DNA of 64,000 bases from Octopus vulgaris (taxonomy: Eukaryota). Positions 40,621 to 55,439 of this stretch are shown piece by piece. The position numbers and the translations under genes were made by a program. Location of the stretch: assembly GCA_951406725.2 (NCBI GenBank), contig OX597815.1, positions 176,638,001-176,702,000 of the forward strand. Direction: 5' to 3'. Below the pieces are notes generated by a model that was not told where the DNA came from, did not search any database, and was given only the letters and a program-made list of their open reading frames with translations. Position 1 is the stretch's first letter. Each line of letters begins with the position of its first letter.

Positions 40621-41139
40621 AATGGTTTTGTTTTAAAATAACTCGTCTATATTTAATTTTAAATAGCTAACACATCAATATCCATATTTTTAGTCATGTA
40701 CACATACACAAATACACACATAGTTTTGGTGGCGGAAAGACTGAGTGTGTATGAGTTTCTAATTAGTCTCAAACAGGAATAGTCATTAAAATACATTTCC
40801 AACTTTTATTTTTAATTTTTGTATTTGCCTTTTGTGTTTTTTTTAATCAAACGCACATCATCTCACCTCTCGTTTCCCTAGTAGATTTCGCCCAATAAAA
40901 AACAAAAGATAAATTTTAATTAATAAGCTGGAAGTCATACCATATCACACACCTCAATGTACAAATAACGGTTCATGGAGAAATACTTCTATACAATTAT
41001 CCCCAACATGTTAAATCCAATTTAGAAGATATACGCCATTAAATAATTATTTTTCACAAATATTTCCTGTTAGGCTGACTGTACAATTATATATGGGAAA
41101 TTCTGTTGGCGGCAAATATACTAAATGCACGTCATTGAT

Positions 41140-41172
41140 TCACACAATACACACACAGATACATATAGATAA

Positions 41173-41203
<31 letters not shown>

Positions 41204-41245
41204 CGTATGTCTGTGTATATGAACGTATGTATATCTATATACATG

Positions 41246-41319
<74 letters not shown>

Positions 41320-41447
41320 TATACATATATATAGATACATATATATGTACATATACATATGACTATAACTTATTTTCAGGTGTATTTTACACCAGGCACA
41401 TAGAGAATATATTCTCTTACGCCTAAAAATCTACAACCGACTCACGA

Positions 41448-41482
<35 letters not shown>

Positions 41483-41516
41483 TGTATGTATGTATGTATG
41501 TATGTATGTATGTATA
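41140..41516. repeat. (CA)n, (TA)n and (TATG)n microsatellites
   Basis: Directly visible. Confidence 0.9.
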
Positions 41517-41771
41517 CGGCAAAAAAGAAAATGGAGGGGGTACAAAAATGACATGCATTAGCCGGTAGACATTCTATTATGACTATTTATTTTAAAACAG
41601 AAGGAAGTATTATAAGAATACATACACATGCAAAGACTGTGTGTTACACATATATGTACAAGTAATACATAAAAGAATAAAAGATCAGTTCCTTACGGCC
41701 GTTTCCGCCACGATGCCACGATATCCTCCATGCTATCTCCTTCTATTCAGTGTTCCGTAGGGAAGCTCGTC

Positions 41772-41850
<79 letters not shown>

Positions 41851-41860
41851 CATATATATA

Positions 41861-42017
41861 CACGATGAGCTTCTCTCAGTTTCCGTCTACCAAGTCCATT
41901 CACAAGGCTTTGATCGGCCCGAGTCTATAGTAGAACACACTTGCCCCAGGTGTCACGCAGTGTGACTGAACCTGGAACCATGTAGCTGTTAAGAAAGCTA
42001 CTGGCCACACAGCCACT
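41861..42017 (-). mobile_element. SINE family B, 5' half
   Basis: Reverse complement of the B head through to its internal microsatellite. Confidence 0.8.
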
Positions 42018-42107
42018 GTCACAGGTCAATCATACCATAAGGATTAGCTTCTAGCGAACTTAATTCCAAAGCTAATATATTCCTGATTTATTATTACAAA
42101 TAACCAA

Positions 42108-42312
42108 GGCGGTGAGTCGGCAGAATTGTTTATATATCGGACAAAAAGCTTAGCATGATTTAGTCCGTCTTTATCTACTGAGTTCAAATGCTATTGCAGT
42201 GGATTTCATCTTTCATCCTTTCGAGATCAATGAAATAAATTCCATCCGAGCAGTGGGGTCGATGTAATTGACTAACCTCCCAATCTCAAATTTCGGGCCT
42301 TGTGACCATAGT
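42108..42312 (+). mobile_element. Degraded SINE family A
   Basis: ggcggtgagtcggcagaa..gagttcaaat..tttcatcctttcgagatc..gggccttgtg. Confidence 0.75.
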
Positions 42313-42868
42313 CGATTAGATTATTGAAGATAACACAAACAATACTATACACATGTTATAGAAAGAGTCTACGACACATTGATACACGTATATTTCCAAA
42401 ACAAAAAAACACATACAAAAGAAGTTAAATGTCTTCCAGGAACGAAAAAGACATTTCCAAAACCTCATTACAAAAACTGACATTACAATGGTAAAAAAAA
42501 ACACATTTTTGCTTTGTTTTGCACTCCAACCAAACATTAAAACAATGATTAAGAAACAGTTAAATAACTGAAACAAAACTGTTACTCAAAAGAGTCTATG
42601 TATTAATAATGACAACAAAGACGAAATTAAATACAGCTAAAAAGGGAATTAAGAAGTTTTAATTAAACAACAAACCACTTAAATCACAATCAACGTAGAA
42701 AACAAAATATTAATCACGAACTATAATTAAACCAACAAGCTGACACACATGCTGCATTTTCTATGGAGACTAGAGCAAGAGACGTGTATAACATATCTGA
42801 AAAACACTCTACAAAAAAAATTTAAAACATAAAATTTACTTCGATAAAATTATAAAATGTTAAACAAA

Positions 42869-43009
42869 GAGTGGCTGTGTGGTAAGTAGGTTGCTTACCA
42901 ACCACATGGTTCCGGGGCATCTTGGGCAAGTGTCTTCTGCTATAGACCCGGGCCGACCAATGCCTTGTCAGTGGATTTGGTAGACGGAAACTGAAAGAAG
43001 TCTGTCGTA

Positions 43010-43066
<57 letters not shown>

Positions 43067-43128
43067 AAATAGAAAGATGAATTTTCTTGTAACAGATTAT
43101 TCGTTCAACTCCATTTATTCCATTCACT

Positions 43129-43167
<39 letters not shown>

Positions 43168-43386
43168 TGTGTGTCTGTGTTTGTCCCCCTAGCATTGCTT
43201 GACAACCGATGCTGGTGTGTTTACGTCCCCGTCACTTAGCGGTTCGGCAAAAGAGACTGATAGAATAAGTACTGGGTTTACAAAGAATAAGTCCCGGGGT
43301 CGATTTGCTCGACTAAAGACGGTGCTCCAGCATGGCCGCAGTCAAATGACTGAAACAAGTAAAAGAGAAAAAGAGTAAAAGAGTAA
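42869..43386 (+). mobile_element. SINE family B with expanded internal (TA)n region
   Basis: gagtggctgtgtggtaag..cttgggcaagtgtcttct..ggtgctccagcatggccgcagtcaaatgactgaaacaagtaaaagag tail. Confidence 0.9.
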
Positions 43387-43469
43387 GCACTAAATAAGCA
43401 AAATTAAAAGACAGGAACAAACAAGCAAGAACTGAAGAACTGTTTGCATATGAAGCTCATGTTTCGAAC

Positions 43470-43723
43470 CTGGTTTATATTCTCAACGTATGGACCACTT
43501 TGATTCCTATTTTCCTCGAGTGGACCCTCAGAGCCAGTCGATGTTTCAAATATCCTGTTATATTTTCATTATTAAACATTATAATGAATTCAATAAAAAA
43601 AACTGCTAAAATATTTTGAGTATTGTAGAAGGAGAGGCACATTATTGGACATAGATTTTAACAGCGAAATCTTATAAGGACCCCGAAGTTTCATGTGGAC
43701 CCCCACTCGGTTGAAAAGCACTG
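43470..43723. mobile_element. Degenerate hAT-Charlie-like MITE
   Basis: Right end ggttgaaaagcactg (reverse complement CAGTGCTTTTCAACC); repeated subterminal ggaccc motifs. Confidence 0.5.
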
Positions 43724-43989
43724 GCTTTTAAGAAAAGAAATTAAATAAAGCTGAAACGACATTACGCAAATTTTACGTTAAACAATAAGCGAAAACATGA
43801 CACAGATATTGTGTCGCATCGCCAGCTGAGAATGATGTTTCCTAAGGCTAATGTTGGCAAATAGTCTTTACTTTAATGAACTGTTACCGAATATCTCTCT
43901 TTGAGAGATTTAGAAATAATGTTTCTATTAATTAAAAGAGCAAAAAACTTAATACGGTGCTGCTAACATATTTGCTGCAAGTAATATCA

Positions 43990-44390
43990 CAATCATCGAA
44001 TGTTCTTCTCAAAACTCGAATTATGAATGCCAAAGCAATAACTAAGAACCAAAATATCATCAATGCACCCGCACCATCTTTCAGTATGCTCTGCCAGGAT
44101 CAGAATTGAAGTCACCTGAAGGAACATAAGGTCCGTTAATGAACGGAAGTGAACTATTAATGGCCCTCTGAATTCCGTTAAGCTGCTTAAAAAGAAACTC
44201 ATCTGCAAATAGTGTGTACGTGTTATTAACGGTAAGCCTGAATTCTATTTTCAGTTCTATTCTCGCCCAACAAGCATAACCAATATGTCTTATTCTACGT
44301 AGAAAACCATTACCATTCTTCACTGAGACGTACTTAAAACCGTTTCCAATGACTACATCTACTTTTAAAATTGAAAACTTCTTCCTCTTT
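43990..44390 (-). mobile_element. LINE AP-endonuclease fragment (RTE-like)
   Basis: TVNNTYTL..SGDFNSD (GDFN motif) followed by FGIHNSSFEK (~LxIxNTxFxK). Confidence 0.55.
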
Positions 44391-44491
44391 ACGTGTGGGG
44401 GAAAGTGACACACACACACATGCACACATAAGCATATACACACGCACACACACACACACAGATATATATGTAAACGTAACACGCGCATACA

Positions 44492-44532
<41 letters not shown>

Positions 44533-45128
44533 TAAGTAGCTGTCAATATAAATATAATTTTAAATAACTTAATACCGGGAAAATGCACAAAATAAAAGCG
44601 GATTTATGGTTACTATGGGAATTACAACAAAGGACGTTTATACAACTTATTCATATAATAAGAATCTCAGAAAATCTGAGATTCAGTGCAAACAGTTACA
44701 CACGCGTGCGCACACAGGTGAAAACACACACACACACACACATACTTGCGTGCACATAAATACATACGCACGCATACACGCAAACACACATCTCCACACA
44801 TAATTAAGTTAGAAGAGAAGATTACAATAATGCTGGGTACATTTATATTTAACGCGTTAATTTACGCTCAGATATGGAAAAACTCACGCTGCAGTAACGG
44901 GCTTCTCCTTATGGAAAATGTGAATGAAAATACACGTAAATAGGCTGTAAATGACGTCATCGAACTGGAAGAGACACGTTTCGACTTGATTATATTTCCT
45001 CAGCGACAGACATTGTATCCACAATTCAAAGCTCCCAAGAAAGTTAAAATATAAATCAAAATAATTAGTCTTAAGGGACACGTGTAAATGAAAGCTATGG
45101 TAGTTGGTAGTAACAGCCAGACAGGAAG

Positions 45129-45257
<129 letters not shown>

Positions 45258-45379
45258 AAATTAATTGACCAGAGGACCTGAACCCAAAAGAAAGGGGCAA
45301 GTGTGGATTAGTACAATATTAGGTTATCAAACAGAATGAAATAAAATAAGAGCAATTAACAACAGCGATTCAACTAAAA

Positions 45380-46130
45380 TTTCCCGAACAGGTGGGATGT
45401 TCCACTCAAGGGTAACCAAGGGCAACTCAGTTTACAGGCCATCCTCGACACATTCGACTCCCTTTTCAAGTCGATGAGATCTTGGCCGAAGTGGAAAGCA
45501 TCTTTCTTCAGTCCTTTCAACCTCGCCCACCACACAAACTTTCGCTGCAGACACCAGGCAGAGAAAAAGTGCATTGCCTTTTCGGCCAAAAGAAGGGGGC
45601 GGTTTGAAGTGATTCTCACGATGGACTCAACTGATAAGCGTCCTATACACGTCAACAAAACTCAGAAGTCAGCCATCTCGGACACAGGAGCGAGCAAGAG
45701 CAACGTCATCGCCCGTGCCTGTCCCTAATCCGTTATAGCACTCCAATGAGGAACTTCCACTGACTGCATGGCAGAGGGCTGTGAGTGTTTGCTGGTACTC
45801 TAGGCACCAAGCGCCCTTTCGCGGACTGCGCTTGATCCAGGACTGTAGCTCCGTCAATAAAATGAGCTTCGGAAAATCTTAACAACCAGCAACTCCTCAT
45901 GCTCACCCTAAAGGAAAAGCTGGGTATGTTGTACCCTTTGTATGGTAATTTCCGTTGCTGTTCGTCACAAATATCTAGGGAAGAGTATGAAATCCTCACT
46001 ATCGCGGGCGGCTACCGACTTGAGACTTTAGGCTAATGCACCTATGAGTCATTATTTTTCTGGATGTAGCAGCCAATGTCTCAGCAACGAAACCAACGCT
46101 TCCTTTCTCCAATCGATTGTTCTAAATTAT
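45380..46130 (-). mobile_element. L1/Tx1-clade LINE ORF2 C-terminal fragment
   Basis: GC-rich patch; SLECYNG, degenerate zinc-knuckle region, GRLSVESIVRI, FVWWARLKGL..F..GQDLID, NVSRMA. Confidence 0.6.
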
Positions 46131-46959
46131 TCGTAGTTCTTCAATTTAGTCTTTAATTTATCCGTTAAGGATGAGGGAAAACATTCTATAAAGGCGGCCA
46201 TGCCCCGCCAAAGATGCTTTACTATTGCTGCGCTTGAACCCGCTTCCACCGCTGCTACTATCGCTACTATTACCTCCTACTTTCACTCTGCTTTTACTAT
46301 TAATATTGGCACTGCTGATGTTACTGCCGCCTGAGGTGCTCTCAAAGCTGCAACTGCCACTGATAACACCACTACTCTCGCTGCTACCATTACTATTGAT
46401 GTCGGCTTCATTGTTATTGCTGCTGCTACCGTCCCTCTCACTAACAGGTGCACTTTAAACTCTTACTCTCTCCGTTCTCTTCTCCCCCATTATGATGAAA
46501 ATGATGAAAAACAAAGTCGACTCGGCCGGCATATGAACTCAGAACTTACAGTGGTAAGAAATACAGCTAAGTTATTTTTCCGGCGTTGTAGGTATCTTCC
46601 AATGGATTAACCTAAGCACCTTCCCACGTTAAAACTCAACGAGACATTAGCAACACACTGAAAGATGCATTTATCCTCTTATTCCAAACATAAAAGAAAC
46701 CAACCATCGATATTATCTGCATAAAATAATACATGTTGCCTCCTCTGTATTTAAAATGGAAAACGGGCATTTCTTCTTTATATAATTAGGAATATCACAT
46801 TCCAAACAGACAACGTAAAAATCACTTATACAAAACAAAAGAGACTGCGTAAAAGGGTTGCTTAATTCTTTCAGGAAATCATTCAAAGAAAGAGACAAAT
46901 GGGGAGAAAGAAAATAAAAACGATACAACTGTAGCGTAACAAAATGCAAGGAAGCGGCG

Positions 46960-47620
46960 GATCAGGAATCCAGGAGCGTCTAAAGCAATAAATCCACGGT
47001 AATTCCCTAAGAATTTGCTGATATGATAAACGAAAGTGTGTCTTTGAACTATACAAACATTTAGACTCGACGTCAAGATGATTTTATCAGGAACCTGGTA
47101 AAAAGAGTTGTTGATAAATTCGGGGAGAAAGTAAATAGCTTAAAAACAAGGATCACAGCAGGTGAAGAATCGTTGGAGACCGTAACAAAATCTAGCATCA
47201 AACTACAATAAACAAACAGCTGAATGCGACAATACATCATACGATTGCTATTTCCCGGCTAAAATATTAAACAGAGAAACAAGGTATTATTGGGAAAATG
47301 TTCTGAGAGATGATATCGGAAATGAAGACAACAGTTGAATGGATCACTTAGAAGAAAACGTCTTAACCGTCACGGTTTTGCAATACAATACTATTGTAGA
47401 GTTCATAGCAAGGCAATTGAAAAGGCGGAGAAATATCGGTGCCTAGCAAGGGAGCTAAAAGAATTGGAGATCACAACGGGTGCAACTGTTCATGTGGCAA
47501 TCGCTCCGTCATACTAACGGAGAGGCTAACGCCAAGTAGGACCAGGAGACGTATTTTCAACTTGCAGAAAGTTACCTTCATGTTTTCTGGAGAATCCCAA
47601 GAATCGTTTTGAAATTTCAC
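46960..47620 (+). mobile_element. Old, decayed R4/Dong-clade LINE 3' fragment
   Basis: KQ*IHG, ETV, RVHSKAIEKAEKYRCLARELKEL, LQKV; same domain order as the 60.2-60.9 kb ORF. Confidence 0.65.
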
Positions 47621-49339
47621 GGAACTTATTATCAACAAACCCAAGGATGAATAAATCATGGCTTGCACAGCCCTTGAAACTGCGAAGTTTGAAAGCAATC
47701 TCACATGTGCAAAGCATCGTCTCCTTTGCAGACAGTCAAAGGGCAAGTAATCCAGGTTAGTTAGCGTAAGGTGGCAGATTATGACGGACACAATAAAGGC
47801 ATTCGCTACCTCTCGGGTGGCACGAATCAGCCTGATTAATAGCAGGGCTGCAGTCGCACAGTCTTTTCTTGATTAATTCTTGATCTTGTCACTCCTGTGT
47901 ACTCCATCAGAACAGTGCCGATGCACTCGAGGTATTTGGTGTCCGACTCTATATTAGGGCGATTCCCTTCGCATATTTGGAAAGGATACAACCAAGCCAA
48001 GTGACAAAAAATTGCCAAGAAACGTTTCTCGAGTATGAAGCATGACCGCTTGGGATATCTCAAGAAAACTGTACATAATGTTTAAAATCCTTTGAAAACC
48101 AAGACAAGTACATCCTCTCATTTGTTGCTCCCTGGTTAACGGGGTAGGGGTGGGGCAGAAAGTAGCCCTATAGTAAATTACTCTCACTCACCTTTCAAAG
48201 TATTTCCATCGGGACTGTATATCATTTTCGATCTACATTTTTCTATTGAAGTGAAATTTTAAACATCTGACGTGTGTTTTGTAAAAATGGAAATGGGTCT
48301 TGTCCAACACGCAACTATTTTCATCATAGCCATCAGAGAGAGGAAAACAGGCTTCCTTTCTCGAGGCAGGAGGTGAGGGGATGACCTGCACGACAGATGA
48401 CTCTAAGAAGAATTGCACATTACGAACACCAAATCTGTGCAATTCTAACGAATTTTTAGCTTTTTTTTTTTCTTTCCTTAATGTTTGCTACTGACAAATA
48501 CTTTTTGACAACCCAAATTCTTATAATGAATGTATTGTCTTCCTTATGAAACGATCGTATGAATAAGAATATTTTCAATCCATATTAACATCTAATCTCC
48601 TCCATTTACGAAAAATAGGATTGAATTTGTTGAACTTTCTTTCATAAGGTAAATCATATACTTAATATATATATATATATTTATTTATTTATACATATAC
48701 TAACAGAGTGAGGGAAAAGTGTCAGAGTGGGTTAGAGAGAGTTGTGTGTTTCTCAGAAAACTTTACTATTTACTGGAACAAATTTCAAAACTCAACAAGT
48801 TCGATAGCGTAAATATAAGTCTATTATCTGAAATTTTAGACATAAGCATAGGTGGGTGCGCTTGCTTCTATTTTTATTTTTTAATGTACACGAGTCAGGA
48901 AAGATTTGCTTAGCGCCTCGCAGTGAGGCGAAAGAACGATGATCGCTATGAAGAATGGTGAAATTATTTAGATTACGCAATACTGCATATCTTTTAAATG
49001 TAATGATAACTGGCGGTCGAATACATATAATCTTACTGGAATCTATAAAAGAAAAGTAAAGGCTAGTATATAATCATAACTTTAAAACGGTTTGTTTCAG
49101 AATTATACATAGAGGAAATATGCAAGGTGTGTATATATAGTCTGAGATGTGCTTGTCTTTTGTCAATTATTTCTGGTTGATTAAAATTTTGTGCTTCGAA
49201 CTGGATTCATTTAATTACGGAGATAATTTTAAATTTGGTTTCAATGAAGCGTTTCTAATTGAATAAAGTGTGTAACATGAGACGTTACCACACAACAAGG
49301 TGGACACCGTTTTCATATATATATGAATGAATGGAAATA

Positions 49340-49559
49340 CGTTTGTGTGTGCGTGTGTGCGTGTGTGTGTGTGTGTGTGTATGTGTGTGCGTGTGTGTGT
49401 TGTGGATACATGGATTCACGAATGTATATATCTAGACATATGAATATACATGGATATGTGCACACGCACACCCATACATACATATTACATATGTACAAAC
49501 ATACATACACACATATAAGTATAAATATGTATACATGTATCCATCCATCCCTACATACG

Positions 49560-49591
<32 letters not shown>

Positions 49592-49663
49592 TATATGTAT
49601 ATATGTATATATATATATGTATATATGTATATATGTATATATATATATGTATATATATATATG

Positions 49664-49711
<48 letters not shown>

Positions 49712-49735
49712 AATATATATATATATATACACACA
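49340..49735. repeat. (TG)n/(TA)n compound microsatellite
   Basis: Directly visible. Confidence 0.95.
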
Positions 49736-50029
49736 TTGACATACCTTTCTTTCATTCTTTACACGTCGTGGCAGATTATAATGTGAATATGCTAATTATT
49801 GTTGTATTTGGTCAGTGGAGATCAACTTCTTTCAGATTAAAGGTGTATTCATGATACACTAAATTCACTACTGCAAGGAAACTCTGCCATATCCGGTGCC
49901 TCAATTTCGTTTTGTCTCCCCAGACAAACTACCCCGGAATAAGCATTCTAACACGAGGTTGTATAATTTGTATAAACTCAGCCAAATTTGTTGACAGAGC
50001 CTGTATATAACTTAGATTACTTAGATTGA

Positions 50030-50352
50030 TTTCGGGCGTTATCGGCCCAGGCCATGACTAACTCAATAGCACCACCTTGAAAAGTATTTTAATTAATTAT
50101 TTCGGAACCTTGAAAAGTGCAGGGCCAGTTTCAGCGAAGAAATTGTTTCGCAATGTTCCCATGTGATGTGATCTCGGCCTTTGTAAGGGACGCATTGCAC
50201 GAGGGCCTAGTCTTGGGTGAATTGTAAACATAATACCAGCTGTTTAAGTCGAGTCCAATAATCAAGTCCCATCATACCATTTATTTTTTTTTGTGATTGA
50301 TCTTTGTGGCGCTTCGATCCTCATTATGACTTGTCTTTTGTAGGGAGACCAC
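50030..50352 (-). mobile_element. CR1-clade LINE ORF2 C-terminal fragment
   Basis: WSPYKRQVIMRIEAPQRSITKKINGMMGLDYWTRLKQL and GTLRNNFFAETGPALF match the CR1 WSP..IxxLExVQRxxTKxIxG..LxYxxRLxxL / GPxLFN motifs. Confidence 0.85.
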
Positions 50353-51778
50353 AATATATATATATATATATATATATGAAAGAAGGTTTGAAAATGCAAT
50401 TTTAAAAGATGTTTATTCACTTGACCGGTTTCACTTTTTTAGAAAAAATTGTTAAAAGTAACATGTAAAAGCTTTGTTGTGTTACGTACTGGTTGTCACA
50501 AAATATTACAATACATATATACATTCTTTGATAATAATAAGCACATGTCCCTTGAAATAGAAAATAGTATTTTACGATAAAATGGTGAAACAGGTCAGTT
50601 CATTCCATATTCTTTGTAAACTAAATATATCTCCTTCTGCGTATATATATAGATACTTCCAAACAAACATGATTTCTTATGAAATCCTTATACCTCTCAA
50701 TATTTTTTCTGTAAACTGTTTTTAACATTTTCTTATTATTATCAAAGAATATATATATGCATTGTAATTTTTTGTGCCTATAAATATATATATAACAAAC
50801 AAAAACAAACAAACATATATATATGTGTGTGTGTGTGTGTGTATTCGTTGTCTCGATGGCGTTCAGTCCATAATGGTAAACAACTAATTTATGTCCGGTA
50901 ACATAGCCAAATGACAAAAGTCAAAGCCATGCCTCCAAAACCTGTTCAAAGTTTTTCCAGTTTAGTTATGGAATATTATGAACTGACATTCTATGGAAAA
51001 TCTTCGCAGATATTTAGGAGAGATTTCACTATAATTGTTGAAGGGAAAATATCAATTCATATTTATAATTCATACTTTATAATTATAAAATTTCACGAAC
51101 AACGAAAACCTTCATATTTAATTGACTGTGTGCTTCAATCACTTTATTCTCACCTTCTTAGACATACTAATTAGAAAAACTGAATAATAGAAACAGATTT
51201 ATAATTCAAACTTACAACTGACGAAATTCCCTCATTTTCATGCCACCCGGAACACTAATATTCCATTCAGCTTCGGCCAAAATGAGAGGCCTAACGTAAA
51301 AAGAAATAAAAGAAAAACAAATATTTGTTAAAAGAGAATACGCTATAAAGCGGATTAACCTTGAAATTCAGAAAGGAAAAGATATTCACATCGGTGATCG
51401 TTGAACAATAAAATGCGAAAAGAAGATTCAAAAAAACACAGCAAAAAACAAGATAAAGACATGATTCTATGCTTCCAATCAGACCAAAATGTGAAAACTT
51501 CTTAGAAAAACATCTAAGTACACAAAAAGAAAGAAACAAGCGAAATCATCACAACAGATATTGACCATAGCAAAACTATATTCACTACTTATGGACATTA
51601 AAATCAATAAGGACAACCAAACAATGGGGTATATAACTACTTATTAGAAGGTTCTTCAATGAGCACATTTTACTTTTGGTAATCATTTTCTACAAAAGTG
51701 AAACCGGTCAAGAATAAACATCTCTAAATAACATCTCATAAATTTTCACTCGTGTGGTACCTTAAAACTTTACTTTGT

Positions 51779-51809
<31 letters not shown>

Positions 51810-52168
51810 TATTTGAGGGAACCTTACAAGGAAAAGAATTCAATTTAGCTAAATTTCCACACAATATAATATATATATAAAATATTAAAAAAAGACAAAC
51901 CTTCCATTATATTATTTTTGTAATTTAAATCTTTATTTTGTTATTTTAATTTTAACTTTTCTGGTATATGCAATTTTCTAGATAGTGTAATTTAATTATT
52001 CATTTTGAATTGAGAAAGGTGGCTTTTCTAATATTTTATATCCATATATATATATATATATTTTATAGAAGATTAAGGACTAGAATGTCATCAGATGAAA
52101 TCTTCAGGTACCTTACAACTTCTATAAAATAATACTTTGTGTATTGATATTATACTGTGGTTAACCCC

Positions 52169-52244
<76 letters not shown>

Positions 52245-53755
52245 TATTAATTTCTGAAATGAATGACGAATAATATAGATCCTTGTCAATAGAATGATAT
52301 TTATCCTTCTCATGAGCGACAGGAATCACACGAACTATTATGTCCCTGTTCTAGGAAATAGCATAAATGGCATTTCTCATTAAATTTATTCTCACGTGTT
52401 TCTTCTACCGCGTAGATGAAGTCTTGCATTGAAGGAAACTCCTTAAACTTTCGTAAGCTGATAACATGGAGTCGTTTTGTAAAATGTGACTGTCTTCTTT
52501 CATTAAAACATAAATATTTATTCAGTAAAATTTTTAATTATATTCGGTGCTTGGCTGCTCCTGGTGGTGATTCTGGATTTGCAATAAAATCACGTGATAC
52601 AACAGTGCCATCCGTCGGTGCTGGCAAAATTTCTCTCCTACGATATAACTCATGCTTTTTATACCACGTAACATCTATAAGTTACACATCCAAATTTCAA
52701 TATATGTAGGATGTATGTATGTATGTATGTATGTATGCATACGTTTCCATGGAAGTATGTAAGCATGTTGGTGCACAAGTCAAAAGGTATGCAGATTCAC
52801 TAGATAGAAAATAAATATCCAGTCTCGGCTAATATTGTTTATCTGGACAGTTTAGTAAGAGTTTTACGACATTTTTTATGTCTGCTAATATTTAGCGGCG
52901 AGGCTTGTAGTTGTAAAGTTAAACAAAAGCACAGCCTTAGCTGAAAATTAAATCTCAATTTCAATGGCCTCTCACATTTTCTCACATATGCTTTCAAGTT
53001 AAAAATTATGTGGTAGAGACATTAAACAGCTTAAAACAAATACCGATTTAAACACTAATATAAATATTTTCTGTTTTAACAATCCAATTGTTTTCAATTC
53101 TTGATAAGAATCATTATAGAATATATTTAAGTGATATATAGAAATGGTATGTCATTTTAAGCAGTTAACAAGTTCTTAAGATAACCAAAAAGTGCACCTG
53201 GATTCACCAAGTGTCTGCAGGCTTGCTGTGCACATATTTGTCACTTACTTGTCTGCGCCGCTTGTTACTTCGCCACTTACTACATTACGTTAACAAGTTT
53301 GCACTTAACGATTTATAAATTCTGGCCAGCACATCTGTTAACCTACATTCTTCACTTAACCCTTGATGTCATGACATTAGAATTTTCTCTGGATTAATAT
53401 GACTAGTCTTTTATTTCTATGTATACGCTACATTGTAAATTACTATTTGTCCTACTCTAAAAGTAACTATACAGAAATTATTTCCACTTATTTTCTCATT
53501 TATCTGTGTTCTTTTAAAATAGCCTCCTTCAGTGATTAGATTTACAAATCTACGAAGATCTACTGACTCATATGAAATGCTCTAAATTCTTGACAAGCTT
53601 ATCTGCTTATATTAATCAAACGCTAAGTTGATATTAAAATCATTTGATGGATTTAAGTATTCTTGGTAGCTTTTCCGATAATGATTCTATCTCTGTTTAA
53701 AACTGAACACATGTTTATTGTCTAATTTTAGTTCTTTCTCTTTCTCCGTCTTTCT

Positions 53756-53806
<51 letters not shown>

Positions 53807-54454
53807 TACATAGCGAGAGATTTACAAGCAGGAATGTTTTATTTGGAATATCCATCAATTTCACGAGTGTTTTGAGTATATACATTTAATAGTGTTTTGA
53901 ATTCCAGCAATATTAGATTAGAACCAGTCGCTTGTTGTCTGGCAACAGGCTGTAAATACAAGCTGCAATTGAACAATTTCTAATGAAAAATTTGTAGAAT
54001 GTATGTTATAGAGATGTACAAAACTTTAGGAAATATTGGAGACACTACAACATCGAAAATGTTATGGTCTCTCAAATCCCTAAAAGTTGAATGCGTACTA
54101 GTATTTTTGTTCGAAAGAAAGTATCGACAATATGTCATTTGGTATTTCTAAAGTGTGTCAATAGACGAAAGGCGGAACTTTCGGTGGTTTCGTACTCATG
54201 GGGATATATAAGTAGTGCCTAACTACATATTTCAGCGTGTCAACAGGTAGAATTGACGGGTGTTTAATCGATTGCGAGGGAGCGCAGCTTTTATATCCCA
54301 TTGTGGTTAAGGCCCTCATGTTATGTTTGCCCCTTGTGAGGTCTATATGTTAGTGTTGCACTTGTTTAAGGGAAGGCATCGTTTGATTTGGCATTTGACA
54401 AAAAACAATCCGTGCTATCCTGCCAGTGTAAAAAACAAAACAGAAAAAAATTTG

Positions 54455-54766
54455 ATATTCCGTCGGTTACGACGATGAATGTTCCAGTTGATCAGATCAA
54501 CGGAAAACTAGCACGTGCAAGTAACGTGGAAGTGGCTGAGCACTTCACAGACACGCCTACCCTTAATGTAGTTCTCAGGGAGATTCAGCATGACACAGAA
54601 TGTGACAAGACTGGTCCTTTGAAATACAGGTACCACTCATTTCTGAAATGAGTGACATGGGGAAACGTGAAATAAAGTATCTCGTTCAAAGATGCACCAC
54701 CGGAATTGAACTCACGGTCATAAAATTGTGAACGGAAGGCCCTAACCAATAATTTGCATGCCTTCA
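54455..54766 (-). mobile_element. SINE family C (older copy of 7597-7919)
   Basis: Colinear similarity: cggttacgacgatga..gatcaacggaa..ggctgagca..acccttaa.gtagttctc..tgacaag. Confidence 0.85.
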
Positions 54767-54883
54767 CCCTGGCCGTGTAACGATGTGTATAACTATATCT
54801 TCCCTTCGAAAAACAAGAAGCTATGTATTTAGTGATGTCAGTTGTGTTTTGGAGAGTTCCTCTTGTTGATTCATTATACTCAA

Positions 54884-55277
54884 TCTCTCTCTATATAAAG
54901 CTGAAGTTGTCTGTGTATGGCAGGTTTGATAGCCTTCAACTAACACTATCTCCTCCAAGACCCTGCGGCACAAGTTGACCGAAATTGAGAGTATGATAGA
55001 AGAAGGCTTGCTCTTCCTTCCGTAGAAGAAAGAATTTAAATCGGACCATGTTAACACCAAAAATTATTTACATCAAAAAGGTGCTTTTTTCTATGAAAAT
55101 CCCTATTTTTTACGATTTTTTGACTGCTGTGTCGCCATTTTTCGGTGTATTTCAACCAGAAAAATGTTCACTTAATGAGAATAACAAGGTACATGATGCA
55201 CAATTTTTACTTTTCAAAAATTTAAATTCTAAAGGGTCGAAAGAAACCCGAGCAGCAACGCCGGGGGATACTGCTAG
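54884..55277 (+). mobile_element. Non-autonomous Helitron
   Basis: A|TCTCTCTCTATATAAAG start; 3' CCCGAGCAGCAACGCCGGGGGATACTGCTAG|T end. Confidence 0.85.
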
Positions 55278-55400
55278 TTACTGTATAAAGCAGAAGCAGC
55301 GTTTCTCTGCCATCATGGGGCATGAGGGGAGAAATGGTTTAGAATTTTTGCATCTTATACGTTAGTGACCAGTATATCTATATGAAAGGCTACTATTGCG

Positions 55401-55439
<39 letters not shown>

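Noticed and set aside
46225-46458. Leucine-rich 77-aa ORF resembling a signal or membrane peptide
   Set aside because: Degenerate (CTG/CTA)n trinucleotide repeat
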